Assembly: GCA_964547925.1 (NCBI GenBank)
Contig: CAZJQF010000001.1
Coordinates: 12,553 to 50,667 of the forward strand
DNA: 38,115 bases
DNA from: an uncultured Dehalococcoidales bacterium
GTDB taxonomy: Bacteria; Chloroflexota; Dehalococcoidia; Dehalococcoidales; JAFGLR01
Direction: 5' to 3'
Below the pieces are notes generated by a model. The model was not told the origin of the DNA. It saw only the letters and a list, made by a program, of their open reading frames with translations, and made no database searches. Numbering within the stretch: position 1 is the first letter of the stretch; every line of letters begins with the position of its first letter. Shown here one piece after another: positions 9,355-16,878 of the stretch. A program made the position numbers and the translations under genes.

Positions 9355-10146
9355 CTAATTTAGATTTCCACTGAGAAAGCGGTGTATTCCCGGCGTAAAC
9401 TCAGGAGAATTTGCATAAGCCGAGTGACCACCTTTCAGTACCATTAATTGGCAATCAGGAATTACACTGGCTGCAGCATAAGCCTGTTTCACCGGAACGA
9501 TACGGTCGTTATTACCCCAAACGACCAGTGTCGGTGTGGTTATTTCTGACAATCGGTGAAAAAGCACCATGCTCTGTGTCTTAAGGTTAACCGCACTAAC
9601 ACCGATAATCAGACTCGCTTCTGAAAACGGTATTATGAATTCCGTCGAGCGGAACATGGCTTCTGCCATCCACTTGGTTCCTTTGAATACGGAAGTGAGT
9701 GCTCTCCCTATGGAGTAACACATAGAGGGTGTTGAAAACATTCTAACCCAGAGAGCTATTTCCTGTCCGAAACACATGCTATCAATGATAACAAGTCTTT
9801 TTACCTTTTTAGGAAATTGCAATGCATAAGAGGTAACGACAGCTCCGCCGACGGAGTGTCCCATTAAGTGAAAACTATCCAACCCTATTGTGCAGGTGAA
9901 GGCTTCGATGAATTCGGCTATCTCCGGTATATAATAATTGCCTTTTATTGCCTGACTCATACCGAAGCCCGGCAGGTCGGGGACGAAAACGGTATAATTC
10001 CGACTTAATTCAGTTATCTTTTTAGTCCAGGCGAGGGCGTGGCTGTTACCGCCGTGAATAATCAAAAGGGGTTCACCCTGACCGCCCTGGTAATAACGCA
10101 CATTCAGTCCGTTTATCCGGATATTATGAATTATTATCGCAGACAT
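9355..10146 (-). CDS. Alpha/beta-fold hydrolase
   Basis: 263 aa. HGG oxyanion motif (LLIIHGGNSH), nucleophile elbow GHSVGG, and a C-terminal GGHSAY region carrying the catalytic His. Confidence 0.85.
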   Translation of the reverse strand: MSAIIIHNIRINGLNVRYYQGGQGEPLLIIHGGNSHALAWTKKITELSRNYTVFVPDLPGFGMSQAIKGNYYIPEIAEFIEAFTCTIGLDSFHLMGHSVGGAVVTSYALQFPKKVKRLVIIDSMCFGQEIALWVRMFSTPSMCYSIGRALTSVFKGTKWMAEAMFRSTEFIIPFSEASLIIGVSAVNLKTQSMVLFHRLSEITTPTLVVWGNNDRIVPVKQAYAAASVIPDCQLMVLKGGHSAYANSPEFTPGIHRFLSGNLN

Positions 10147-10162
10147 ATCTAAAACGGTAACC

Positions 10163-10199
10163 GCAAAAGAAAAAGCCCCGGATTAGTATCCAGGGCTTT
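10163..10199 (-). terminator. Rho-independent terminator downstream of the distal usp gene
   Basis: Hairpin AAAGCCCCGGA/TCCAGGGCTTT (11 positions, one mismatch, 6-nt loop). On the minus strand it is followed by TTTTTCTTTT. Confidence 0.6.
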
Positions 10200-10290
10200 A
10201 AACCACAGGTTAAAAACAGTTACCCCATCCCCTCATCTAATTGAAATTATTATATTGTATTTACCATAAAATAGTCAAACCTAATGTCAA

Positions 10291-10755
10291 TTATACCGGG
10301 CGGAATCCTTTTGGAATAACGATTAATACAGGTATCGGCGAGTGGTCAAGGACTTTTTTGGTAACGCTGCCGAGTAACCATCTTTTTATACCGGAACGGC
10401 CGTGGCTGCTCATGATAATCATTTCTACGTTATTATTATTGGCATAATCGAGTATTTCATCAGCGGCGGTACCCTCTAGGGTTACCGGTATAGCATTAAT
10501 GTTATCCTTTTTTAGCCGGTCGGCAATGTTCCGGACATAACGTTTCGCAGCCTGTCTGTTTTTGTTTTCCATTTCGGTTAATATTGGGCTTGAAGTGTGA
10601 CTGAAGGTACTGAGGGTTTGAGCCGGCAACGGTTCAATGACACGCAGGATAATTACCTCCGGTGCCTCGCATCCTTTCAATAAAACTTTAAGGTGTTCAA
10701 GAGTATGCTCGGCGAGCTCCGACCCGTCTAAGGGCGCTAGAACTTTACGATACAT
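10291..10755 (-). CDS. Universal stress protein (UspA family)
   Basis: 154 aa. MYRKVLAPLDGSELAEHTLEH N-terminus and the ATP-binding-type C-terminal motif MSSHGRSGIKRWLLGSVTKKVLDHSPIPVLIV. Confidence 0.9.
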   Translation of the reverse strand: MYRKVLAPLDGSELAEHTLEHLKVLLKGCEAPEVIILRVIEPLPAQTLSTFSHTSSPILTEMENKNRQAAKRYVRNIADRLKKDNINAIPVTLEGTAADEILDYANNNNVEMIIMSSHGRSGIKRWLLGSVTKKVLDHSPIPVLIVIPKGFRPV

Positions 10756-10800
10756 GAAAATCCTCCAGTTAAGAAATTAAGTGTGGATATTCCAGATTAT

Positions 10801-11268
10801 CTAAGGATTTAAACGACACCCTGTTGGAATAATCGTTAATACCGGTACCGTAGCATGGTTTAACACCCGGGAAGTTACGCTGCCCATAACCCAGCGTTTT
10901 ATGCCGGACCGGCCGTGAGTGCTCATTATTATCAAATCTATATCATTACTTTGAGTATATTTCAAGATTTCTTCTGCGGCATAGCCCTCGGCGATAACAG
11001 GCTTGACGTTAAACCCTTCGGTTTTTAACTTAGCGGCAACTCCCTTAATATATTGTTCGGCATTATTACGATTTGTTGTTTCTATTTCATTCAGGAGGTT
11101 TCCGCCGGCTTGGACAACGGCTGTTAATGTAGCGGCCGGTAATGGTTCGACGGTATGGAACACTACTATATTCTGTATTTTGCAGCCTGAAGCAATGGCT
11201 TTCAAGTGTTCCAGGGTGCATTCTGCCAGGTCTGAGCCGTCTAAAGGAGCCAGAATTTTTTTATACAT
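10801..11268 (-). CDS. Universal stress protein (UspA family), tandem paralog
   Basis: 155 aa. MYKKILAPLDGSDLAECTLEH ... MSTHGRSGIKRWVMGSVTSRVLNHATVPVLTI. Collinear with the neighbouring Usp along its full length. Confidence 0.9.
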   Translation of the reverse strand: MYKKILAPLDGSDLAECTLEHLKAIASGCKIQNIVVFHTVEPLPAATLTAVVQAGGNLLNEIETTNRNNAEQYIKGVAAKLKTEGFNVKPVIAEGYAAEEILKYTQSNDIDLIIMSTHGRSGIKRWVMGSVTSRVLNHATVPVLTIIPTGCRLNP

Positions 11269-11283
11269 ACAATTCGCTTCCTG

Positions 11284-11586
11284 TTATTTTCTTTTTCCCT
11301 GTAGATAAGATACTCTGTGTGAGATTATCTTGCCAGCTTCTTCTTTATTATTTACCTTTTTCAAATCTTTTACCAGTTTATCGTCATGAATAACGTCGCT
11401 TATCCAGTTACAAAAATCATTCTTTTCCAGGGTTACATGATAAGCGTATAATTCATTACTCATAGAAACGAACGCGTTACTCAAGTCGATTAAGTTATGC
11501 AGAATTCTGCCGTCGTTCAGATAAAACACGAACTCGGCCGTAACATCCGCCAAGTAGTCTACGTTTTGTATTACTTTTTTTACCAT
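11284..11586 (-). CDS. Small conserved hypothetical protein (about 100 aa)
   Basis: The track ORF extends to 11700. However, ATG at 11586 is preceded by a perfect AGGAGG (AGCAGGAGGTTCATTAATG), so I call the shorter form starting MVKKVIQNVDYLADV. Its FVFYLNDGRILHNLIDL...NDFCNWI pattern reminds me of a DUF family found in archaea and anaerobes, but I cannot name it reliably. Confidence 0.55.
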   Translation of the reverse strand: MVKKVIQNVDYLADVTAEFVFYLNDGRILHNLIDLSNAFVSMSNELYAYHVTLEKNDFCNWISDVIHDDKLVKDLKKVNNKEEAGKIISHRVSYLQGKRK

Positions 11587-11778
11587 TAATGAACCTCCTG
11601 CTATCATAATTGCTGAAAACTGTTTTCTTATCAGGTATTTTAGACAGCTAATCAGTAGTTTGGTATACGTATTTATACTTAAATAACCAATTCCGGACAC
11701 TTAAATATTTCAGTCATATTTTGCCCGGATAATCCGGCGATGATATTATTACAAATAGGATTGAAAAAGGAGAGGAAA

Positions 11779-12360
11779 ATGCTGTTAGCTGTTTTACAGT
11801 TGGGTATGTACGGCACTAATTGTTATATAGTCGGTTCGAAAACAACTAAAGAAGGAATGATTATCGACCCGGGTGATGATGCGGGAACAATATTACAGAC
11901 TGTTAATAAAGCCGGTTTAAAGATTAAGTTAATTGGTATCACCCACGGCCATATGGACCATACCGGAGCCGTCGAGGACGTCAGGAAAGCCACTGAAGCT
12001 CCGGTGGCCATTCATACTGCCGATGCAAACGATTTGATACGTGTCTTACCTACCGACCGTTTATTAAACGGCGGCGAAAAGATAACTATCGGAGACTTAG
12101 GATTCGAGATAATTCATACACCGGGACACAGTCCGGGCGGTATCTGTTTTTATGGACAAGGGGCTCTCTTTTGCGGGGATACGCTTTTTCAGGGAAGCAT
12201 CGGTCGCACCGACCTGGGCGGGAATTATAACCAGCTCATGGACAACATATTTAAGAAATTAATGGTATTGCCTGATGAGACGATAGTATTTCCCGGCCAC
12301 GGTCCGGAAACAACCATCGGTGAAGAACGCCGTTCGAATCCCTTTTTACAGGTAAGATAA
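11779..12360 (+). CDS. MBL-fold metallo-hydrolase (hydroxyacylglutathione hydrolase / GloB-like)
   Basis: HxHxDH motif (THGHMDHTG), HTPGHSPG, FCGDTLF, and GRTDL near the C-terminus. I place the start at ATG 11779, after GGAGAGG, rather than at the track start 11740. Confidence 0.85.
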   Translation: MLLAVLQLGMYGTNCYIVGSKTTKEGMIIDPGDDAGTILQTVNKAGLKIKLIGITHGHMDHTGAVEDVRKATEAPVAIHTADANDLIRVLPTDRLLNGGEKITIGDLGFEIIHTPGHSPGGICFYGQGALFCGDTLFQGSIGRTDLGGNYNQLMDNIFKKLMVLPDETIVFPGHGPETTIGEERRSNPFLQVR

Positions 12361-12364
12361 GCAG

Positions 12365-13006
12365 CTAACCTGCTTTGTTCTCGAACTTATCGAGGCGGTT
12401 TTCCAGGTTTTTCTGCTGTATGACGAGAGTCAGGTCGCTGCGGGTTTTTTCCAGAACGCCGCGAACCATATCGGTAGTCCGGCGGAGTCCGCCGGTAATC
12501 GCATCGGGAAAGTCCACGGTTACTAAAACACTATAAATATCATCCATCATTTCCAGCAGGTCTTCGCCGCGGGAAAGGTCTCCTTTGCGGATATTATCCA
12601 GCAAATACCGTCTTAACTCACCGATGGCTTCACCAAGGCCGTTTAGATAGGATGAAGGGTCAATTTTCAAATCATCGTGGCTGGGTAAAGAAATGCCTGA
12701 AACGAGTGCCAGCACAATACTCGCTTCAGCATATTCTTTTTCCGCATCTCTTAGATAGGCGATATTGGCCAAACCGCAGGAATCGGTAAACTGCTGGGCG
12801 TTCTTAAGTAAGGCAGTGGCTTCTTCCAGCATTTCCGCAGCTTCTTTCAATTCCTGGCGGTGCACCGCGCGAATAGTGGTGCTCGCGTAACGTATTATCT
12901 CCCGGCATAAGGGCAGGGCTTTTTCTCTTGCCTGGTCTCGGGTGGTGAAAACCATGCGGATACTATTGGTAATTGTTTCAATGTTTTGCGTCGGTTTTTC
13001 TGTCAT
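12365..13006 (-). CDS. Translin/TRAX-family (C3PO-like) protein
   Basis: 213 aa, predicted all-helical. The segments LRDAEKEYAEASIV and SYLNGLGEAIGELRRYLL match, from memory, the QEYVEA and Y-L-x-G-x-x-D-x-x-GEL-x-R signatures of translin/TRAX. The start overlaps the thiE 3' end by 29 nt. Confidence 0.68.
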   Translation of the reverse strand: MTEKPTQNIETITNSIRMVFTTRDQAREKALPLCREIIRYASTTIRAVHRQELKEAAEMLEEATALLKNAQQFTDSCGLANIAYLRDAEKEYAEASIVLALVSGISLPSHDDLKIDPSSYLNGLGEAIGELRRYLLDNIRKGDLSRGEDLLEMMDDIYSVLVTVDFPDAITGGLRRTTDMVRGVLEKTRSDLTLVIQQKNLENRLDKFENKAG

Positions 13007-14036
13007 CTATCATACCTGCCAGTTCCCGGGCAGCGGCTTCGGGGTCTTTCTCATTCAATATTGCACTGATGACTGCAGCGGCAGTGGCGCCGGCCTCCAT
13101 TATCTTGGCAATATTACTTTTGTTAATTCCCCCGATAGCCACTACCGGAATATTTATTTTTACTGTAACCTGTTTTAACACTTTAAGGCCGCAGACATCA
13201 ATATCCTTTTTTGAGGTAGTCGGGAAAATCGAACCTACCCCGATGTAGTCCGCACCTTCAATGGCACCGGTGATTGCCTGGTCTAAAGTGGTCGCAGAAC
13301 AGCCGATGATTTTATCAACCGAAAGTATTTTACGAGCTTCCTCAACCGGGATGTCATCGTGCCCGATGTGCAGCCCATCGGCATCTGATGCTGCAGCAAT
13401 ATCCAGATAGTCGTTTATGATGAACAATACATCTTTATCCGAACACAGCTTCTTTAACTGTCGAGCTAACCGTAATAAGTCTTTTTTCGGGGTAGTCTTA
13501 TCTCTGAACTGAATTGTGGTTGCTCCGCCGCGGATTACCTGCCGGGCAACTTTAACCGGGTCGCGTCCCTGTAAGGCTTCGGTGTCCAATACTACGTAGA
13601 GGCCGCTTAATTTGGTAAGTTTTCCTTCCCGCAGTAACTTGGACAATAGATTGCGTTCGACAGTATATAAACTAAAACGTGCCTTTCTGAATATATCGGA
13701 ATCTAAATTAGATTCAGGAAGTTTGGCAAATTCCTCGAGGACCCTTAATGATTCCTGAGCACGTTTGGCATTGGCAATTAAAATATCCGGCAGGTTTTTA
13801 TGGACTGCCTCACTTGAGACGTTCATCGAAGCACCGATATCATTGACGGAGTCCCGTGAATCGATGAGTTGTTGGTTAAACGATAAGTCTGCCCGGATTA
13901 AGCCATGCCGCAGATTCTTGAGTTGTTGCGTCAGTCCGGTATCGTTAAGCAGCATCCGGGCGATGTCTTCCAGAACACGTAGTCCCTCACCGAGCCGGTT
14001 CAAGTTTTCGTCGATTATCCGTAAGTCGTGTGACAT
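12978..14036 (-). CDS. thiE: Thiamine-phosphate synthase with a ~140-aa N-terminal extension
   Basis: The C-terminal ~210 aa is canonical ThiE: LYVVLDT, TTIQFRDK, DADGLHIGHDD, IIGCSATT, ADYIGVGSIFPTTSK, PVVAIGGI. The N-terminal ~140 aa is helical and not part of standard ThiE. Confidence 0.9.
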   Translation of the reverse strand: MSHDLRIIDENLNRLGEGLRVLEDIARMLLNDTGLTQQLKNLRHGLIRADLSFNQQLIDSRDSVNDIGASMNVSSEAVHKNLPDILIANAKRAQESLRVLEEFAKLPESNLDSDIFRKARFSLYTVERNLLSKLLREGKLTKLSGLYVVLDTEALQGRDPVKVARQVIRGGATTIQFRDKTTPKKDLLRLARQLKKLCSDKDVLFIINDYLDIAAASDADGLHIGHDDIPVEEARKILSVDKIIGCSATTLDQAITGAIEGADYIGVGSIFPTTSKKDIDVCGLKVLKQVTVKINIPVVAIGGINKSNIAKIMEAGATAAAVISAILNEKDPEAAARELAGMIDDRKTDAKH

Positions 14037-14089
14037 AATGCTATCTTAACATATTGGAAATGAAAAATGGTAAAGAGAAAATCGTGAAA

Positions 14090-14455
14090 TTAATCTTCGC
14101 CGATGGCACTCTCGATATGGTTAATGCGAGTGACCTTTCCGTTATCATCCATTTCGATGGCGACTAAATCAATACGCCATTGTTCCGGTAGTTTTTCATG
14201 AGTCTGCAGGTAGTAGTATGCCGCGGCCCGCAAGTGTCTGGCTTTGGTTTCCGTAATCGATTCTTCCGGCGTGCCGTATTCGAGGCTCTTTTTAGTTCTG
14301 ACTTCAGTGAATACCAGTATGTTTTTATGTTTTGAAATAATATCTACTTCGCCGTAACGGGTGCGAAAATTGGTCTCGATAATCCGGTGGCCGTGCTTTT
14401 TCAGATAGTTCTGAGCTATTATTTCGCCCTGTTGGCCGGTAGTTTTACGGTTCAC
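14090..14455 (-). CDS. yraN: YraN family (UPF0102) PD-(D/E)xK endonuclease-like protein
   Basis: 121 aa. GQQGEIIAQNYL, GEVDIIS, LVFTEVRTKK, and C-terminal RIDLVAI are typical UPF0102 motifs. Classic position after rnhB, which it overlaps by 11 nt. Confidence 0.85.
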   Translation of the reverse strand: MNRKTTGQQGEIIAQNYLKKHGHRIIETNFRTRYGEVDIISKHKNILVFTEVRTKKSLEYGTPEESITETKARHLRAAAYYYLQTHEKLPEQWRIDLVAIEMDDNGKVTRINHIESAIGED

Positions 14456-15101
14456 CGGCTGCGTCCTTTACCGGATGGAAAGAGTGTCTGTGAATAGGGC
14501 AGGGACCTAAACGCTGCAAACATTCGAGGTGTTGTTTTGTCCCATACCCTTTATGATTAGCCAGTCCGTAGCCGGGATACACGGCGTCCAGTTCAATCAT
14601 CAGATGGTCGCGGGCAACTTTAGCGATAATCGAAGCACAAGCGATGGAAAAACAAATACTATCGCCATCGACAACGCCTTTTTGTGGTAGGGAGACTTCG
14701 GGCAACTTAACATAATCTATTAATAAATAATCCGGTCCGGGAGAAAGTTGTTCCACTGCATATTTCATCGCCAGGCGGGTGGCTTTAGCAATGCCCTGAA
14801 TATCGATTATCTGGGAACTGACCATGCCAATGCCGAAAGAAACAGAAATATCTTTAATGTTATTAACGAGGCGTTCCCTTTGTACGGGGGAAAGTAATTT
14901 ACTGTCTTTGATGTCATCGACCCAGGGTTTACGTTTAATTTTAGGAGGGAGAATAATAGCAGCGGCGACTACCGGACCGGCGAGCGGCCCGCGGCCGACC
15001 TCATCGATACCGGCGATGTAATGAAATCCTTTTAACCTTAACGCTTTTTCTTCAGCGAGTGAAAGCATTAGTATCGACCGTCTCTTCGATAATACCCCCA
15101 C
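14445..15101 (-). CDS. rnhB: Ribonuclease HII
   Basis: AGIDEVGRGPLAGPVVAAA (DEDD catalytic motif region), DSKLLS, ASIIAKV, GYG(T)K. GTG start at 15101 has a good SD (GGAGAGGAAG). An alternative ATG lies at 15068. Confidence 0.93.
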   Translation of the reverse strand: MGVLSKRRSILMLSLAEEKALRLKGFHYIAGIDEVGRGPLAGPVVAAAIILPPKIKRKPWVDDIKDSKLLSPVQRERLVNNIKDISVSFGIGMVSSQIIDIQGIAKATRLAMKYAVEQLSPGPDYLLIDYVKLPEVSLPQKGVVDGDSICFSIACASIIAKVARDHLMIELDAVYPGYGLANHKGYGTKQHLECLQRLGPCPIHRHSFHPVKDAAGEP

Positions 15102-16140
15102 CCAGCACTTCCTCTCCCCGGTAAAATACGACCGATTGTCCGGGTGTAATTGCTGTCTGGGGCTCCTTGAATACTACGTCCGCTATGCCATGGCTCTGGG
15201 TTACTAAGGCGTCGCTTTCCGGTGCCTTGTAACGAATTTTCGCTTTTACTTCCAACGGTTTATCCGGAATTTTACCGGAAATCCAGGTTAATCTGGTTGC
15301 GAGAAGTTTCCGTCTTAATAAATCTTCTTTGGTACCTACAACGACACGATTATAGTACGAATCTAGTTTTGTAACATACAAGATGTCGTTACTGTTGACC
15401 CCCAGACCGTGTCTCTGCCCTATGGTGTAAAGGGCCAAACCGTTATGTTTACCCAGTACCTTTCCCTGTGTATTGATAATTTCGCCGGGGGTAAATTGAA
15501 CGCAGCCGCTGATAAATGAATGGTAATCGCCTTCCGGTATAAAACAGATATCCTGGCTGTCCTGTCGTTTTGCCGAGGGTAGTTTCATATCAGAGGCTAT
15601 TTTCCTGATTTCTGCCTTGGTATAATATCCTACCGGAAACAGGATATGTTCCAGTTCATATTGTCCCATATTGTAGAGAAAGTAAGACTGATCTTTGGCA
15701 TTGTCGACGCCCTTTAACAGTCGGTACCCATCCGGTGAATTATCGATTCTGGCATAGTGTCCGGTGGCTAAATAATCGACACCGAGTTGTAACACCTTCT
15801 GTAAAAATAATGAAAAGCGCAGGAGGTGATTACAGGCAACACAGGGATTGGGCGTACGGCCCCGACTGTATTCATCGCAGAAGTCTTTAATAACGGTTTG
15901 TTGAAAGTCATCTCTTAAATCGAGAACGTAGTAAGGTATTTCAAGCTTCGCCGCCGCGCTGCGGGCACTATCGATGGCATCCAGTCCGCAGCAGCCGCCG
16001 AAATTCTTCTTGCTACTATCCGTCGGCCATGTTTGATGGGTAACACCGATAACATCATAGCCTTCTTTGATTAAAAGTGCTGCCGCTACCGAGGAATCTA
16101 CCCCGCCGCTCATGGCTACTGCAACATGTTTTCTCGTCAT
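15052..16140 (-). CDS. mnmA: tRNA-specific 2-thiouridylase (tRNA U34 2-thiolation)
   Basis: PP-loop VAVAMSGGVDSSV, NPCVACN, KDQSYFL, and a C-terminal GQSVVFY...VLGGGII barrel. Confidence 0.95.
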   Translation of the reverse strand: MTRKHVAVAMSGGVDSSVAAALLIKEGYDVIGVTHQTWPTDSSKKNFGGCCGLDAIDSARSAAAKLEIPYYVLDLRDDFQQTVIKDFCDEYSRGRTPNPCVACNHLLRFSLFLQKVLQLGVDYLATGHYARIDNSPDGYRLLKGVDNAKDQSYFLYNMGQYELEHILFPVGYYTKAEIRKIASDMKLPSAKRQDSQDICFIPEGDYHSFISGCVQFTPGEIINTQGKVLGKHNGLALYTIGQRHGLGVNSNDILYVTKLDSYYNRVVVGTKEDLLRRKLLATRLTWISGKIPDKPLEVKAKIRYKAPESDALVTQSHGIADVVFKEPQTAITPGQSVVFYRGEEVLGGGIIEETVDTNAFTR

Positions 16141-16186
16141 ATCATTATCCTAATGCGAATCTTGAATAAGAAGGACTCGTAATATT

Positions 16187-16807
16187 CTAACTTTCCTTAA
16201 TTAATTCGTTTATCCGCGCCCAGATTTGTTGACTGATTTTTGCCCTGGACTGTCCGGCATCGATAATTAACCACCGCTCCGGTTCGGCTGCTGCAAGTTT
16301 CAAAAAACCGCTCCTGATTTTGCGGTGAAAAGCGAGGTTTTCCCGGTGAAAACGGTCGGCTTTTTGTTTACTTTTTCTGGCCAGACCTGATTCCACAGGC
16401 ATATCCAACAATATGGTCAGGTCTGGTTTAAGTCCTCCGGTAGCCGTATTATTTATTTCTTTAATAATATCGATGCTAATGCCGCGGCCGTATCCCTGGT
16501 AGGCGACGGTAGAATCGGTAAATCTATCGCAGATAACTATTTTGTTTTTATGGAGAGCCGGTTTAATTACTTCATCAACAAGTTGCGAACGGGAAGCGTT
16601 AAATAAAAGAAGTTCCGTCAGGCCGGACATATCCGCTTCTTTCGCCCATTTTAACAGACGGGTTATTTTATCGCCGACGGGCGTGCCGCCGGGTTCGTGA
16701 GTTAATATTGCAGGTATATTTAATTTGGATAGTTTCCGGAATAATATCCCGGTCTGGTAGCTTTTACCGCAGCCTTCTCCGCCTTCGAACGTAATGAATA
16801 GACCCAT
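16187..16807 (-). CDS. tmk: Thymidylate kinase
   Basis: P-loop FITFEGGEGCGKS, the DRF motif (ICDRFTDSTVAYQG), and LID region RKSKQKADRFHRE. Confidence 0.93.
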   Translation of the reverse strand: MGLFITFEGGEGCGKSYQTGILFRKLSKLNIPAILTHEPGGTPVGDKITRLLKWAKEADMSGLTELLLFNASRSQLVDEVIKPALHKNKIVICDRFTDSTVAYQGYGRGISIDIIKEINNTATGGLKPDLTILLDMPVESGLARKSKQKADRFHRENLAFHRKIRSGFLKLAAAEPERWLIIDAGQSRAKISQQIWARINELIKES

Positions 16808-16878
16808 AATAATCCTCTTTAGGGAAAGTATAAATTAAGATGGGGATTTAGGCAAATGGGTAATACCCGGGGAAAGAA

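Noticed and set aside
9259-11700. Possible genomic island integrated at tRNA-Ser
   Set aside because: I found no integrase or recombinase and no direct repeat of the tRNA 3' end anywhere in the window. The flanking genes (hydrolase, Usp) are ordinary. The idea is kept only as a low-interest note on tandem Usp duplication.
14037-14089. TPP (THI-box) riboswitch upstream of thiE
   Set aside because: Only 53 nt separate thiE from yraN, and no CTGAGA / ACCTGATCTGGATAATGCCAGCG-like core is present.
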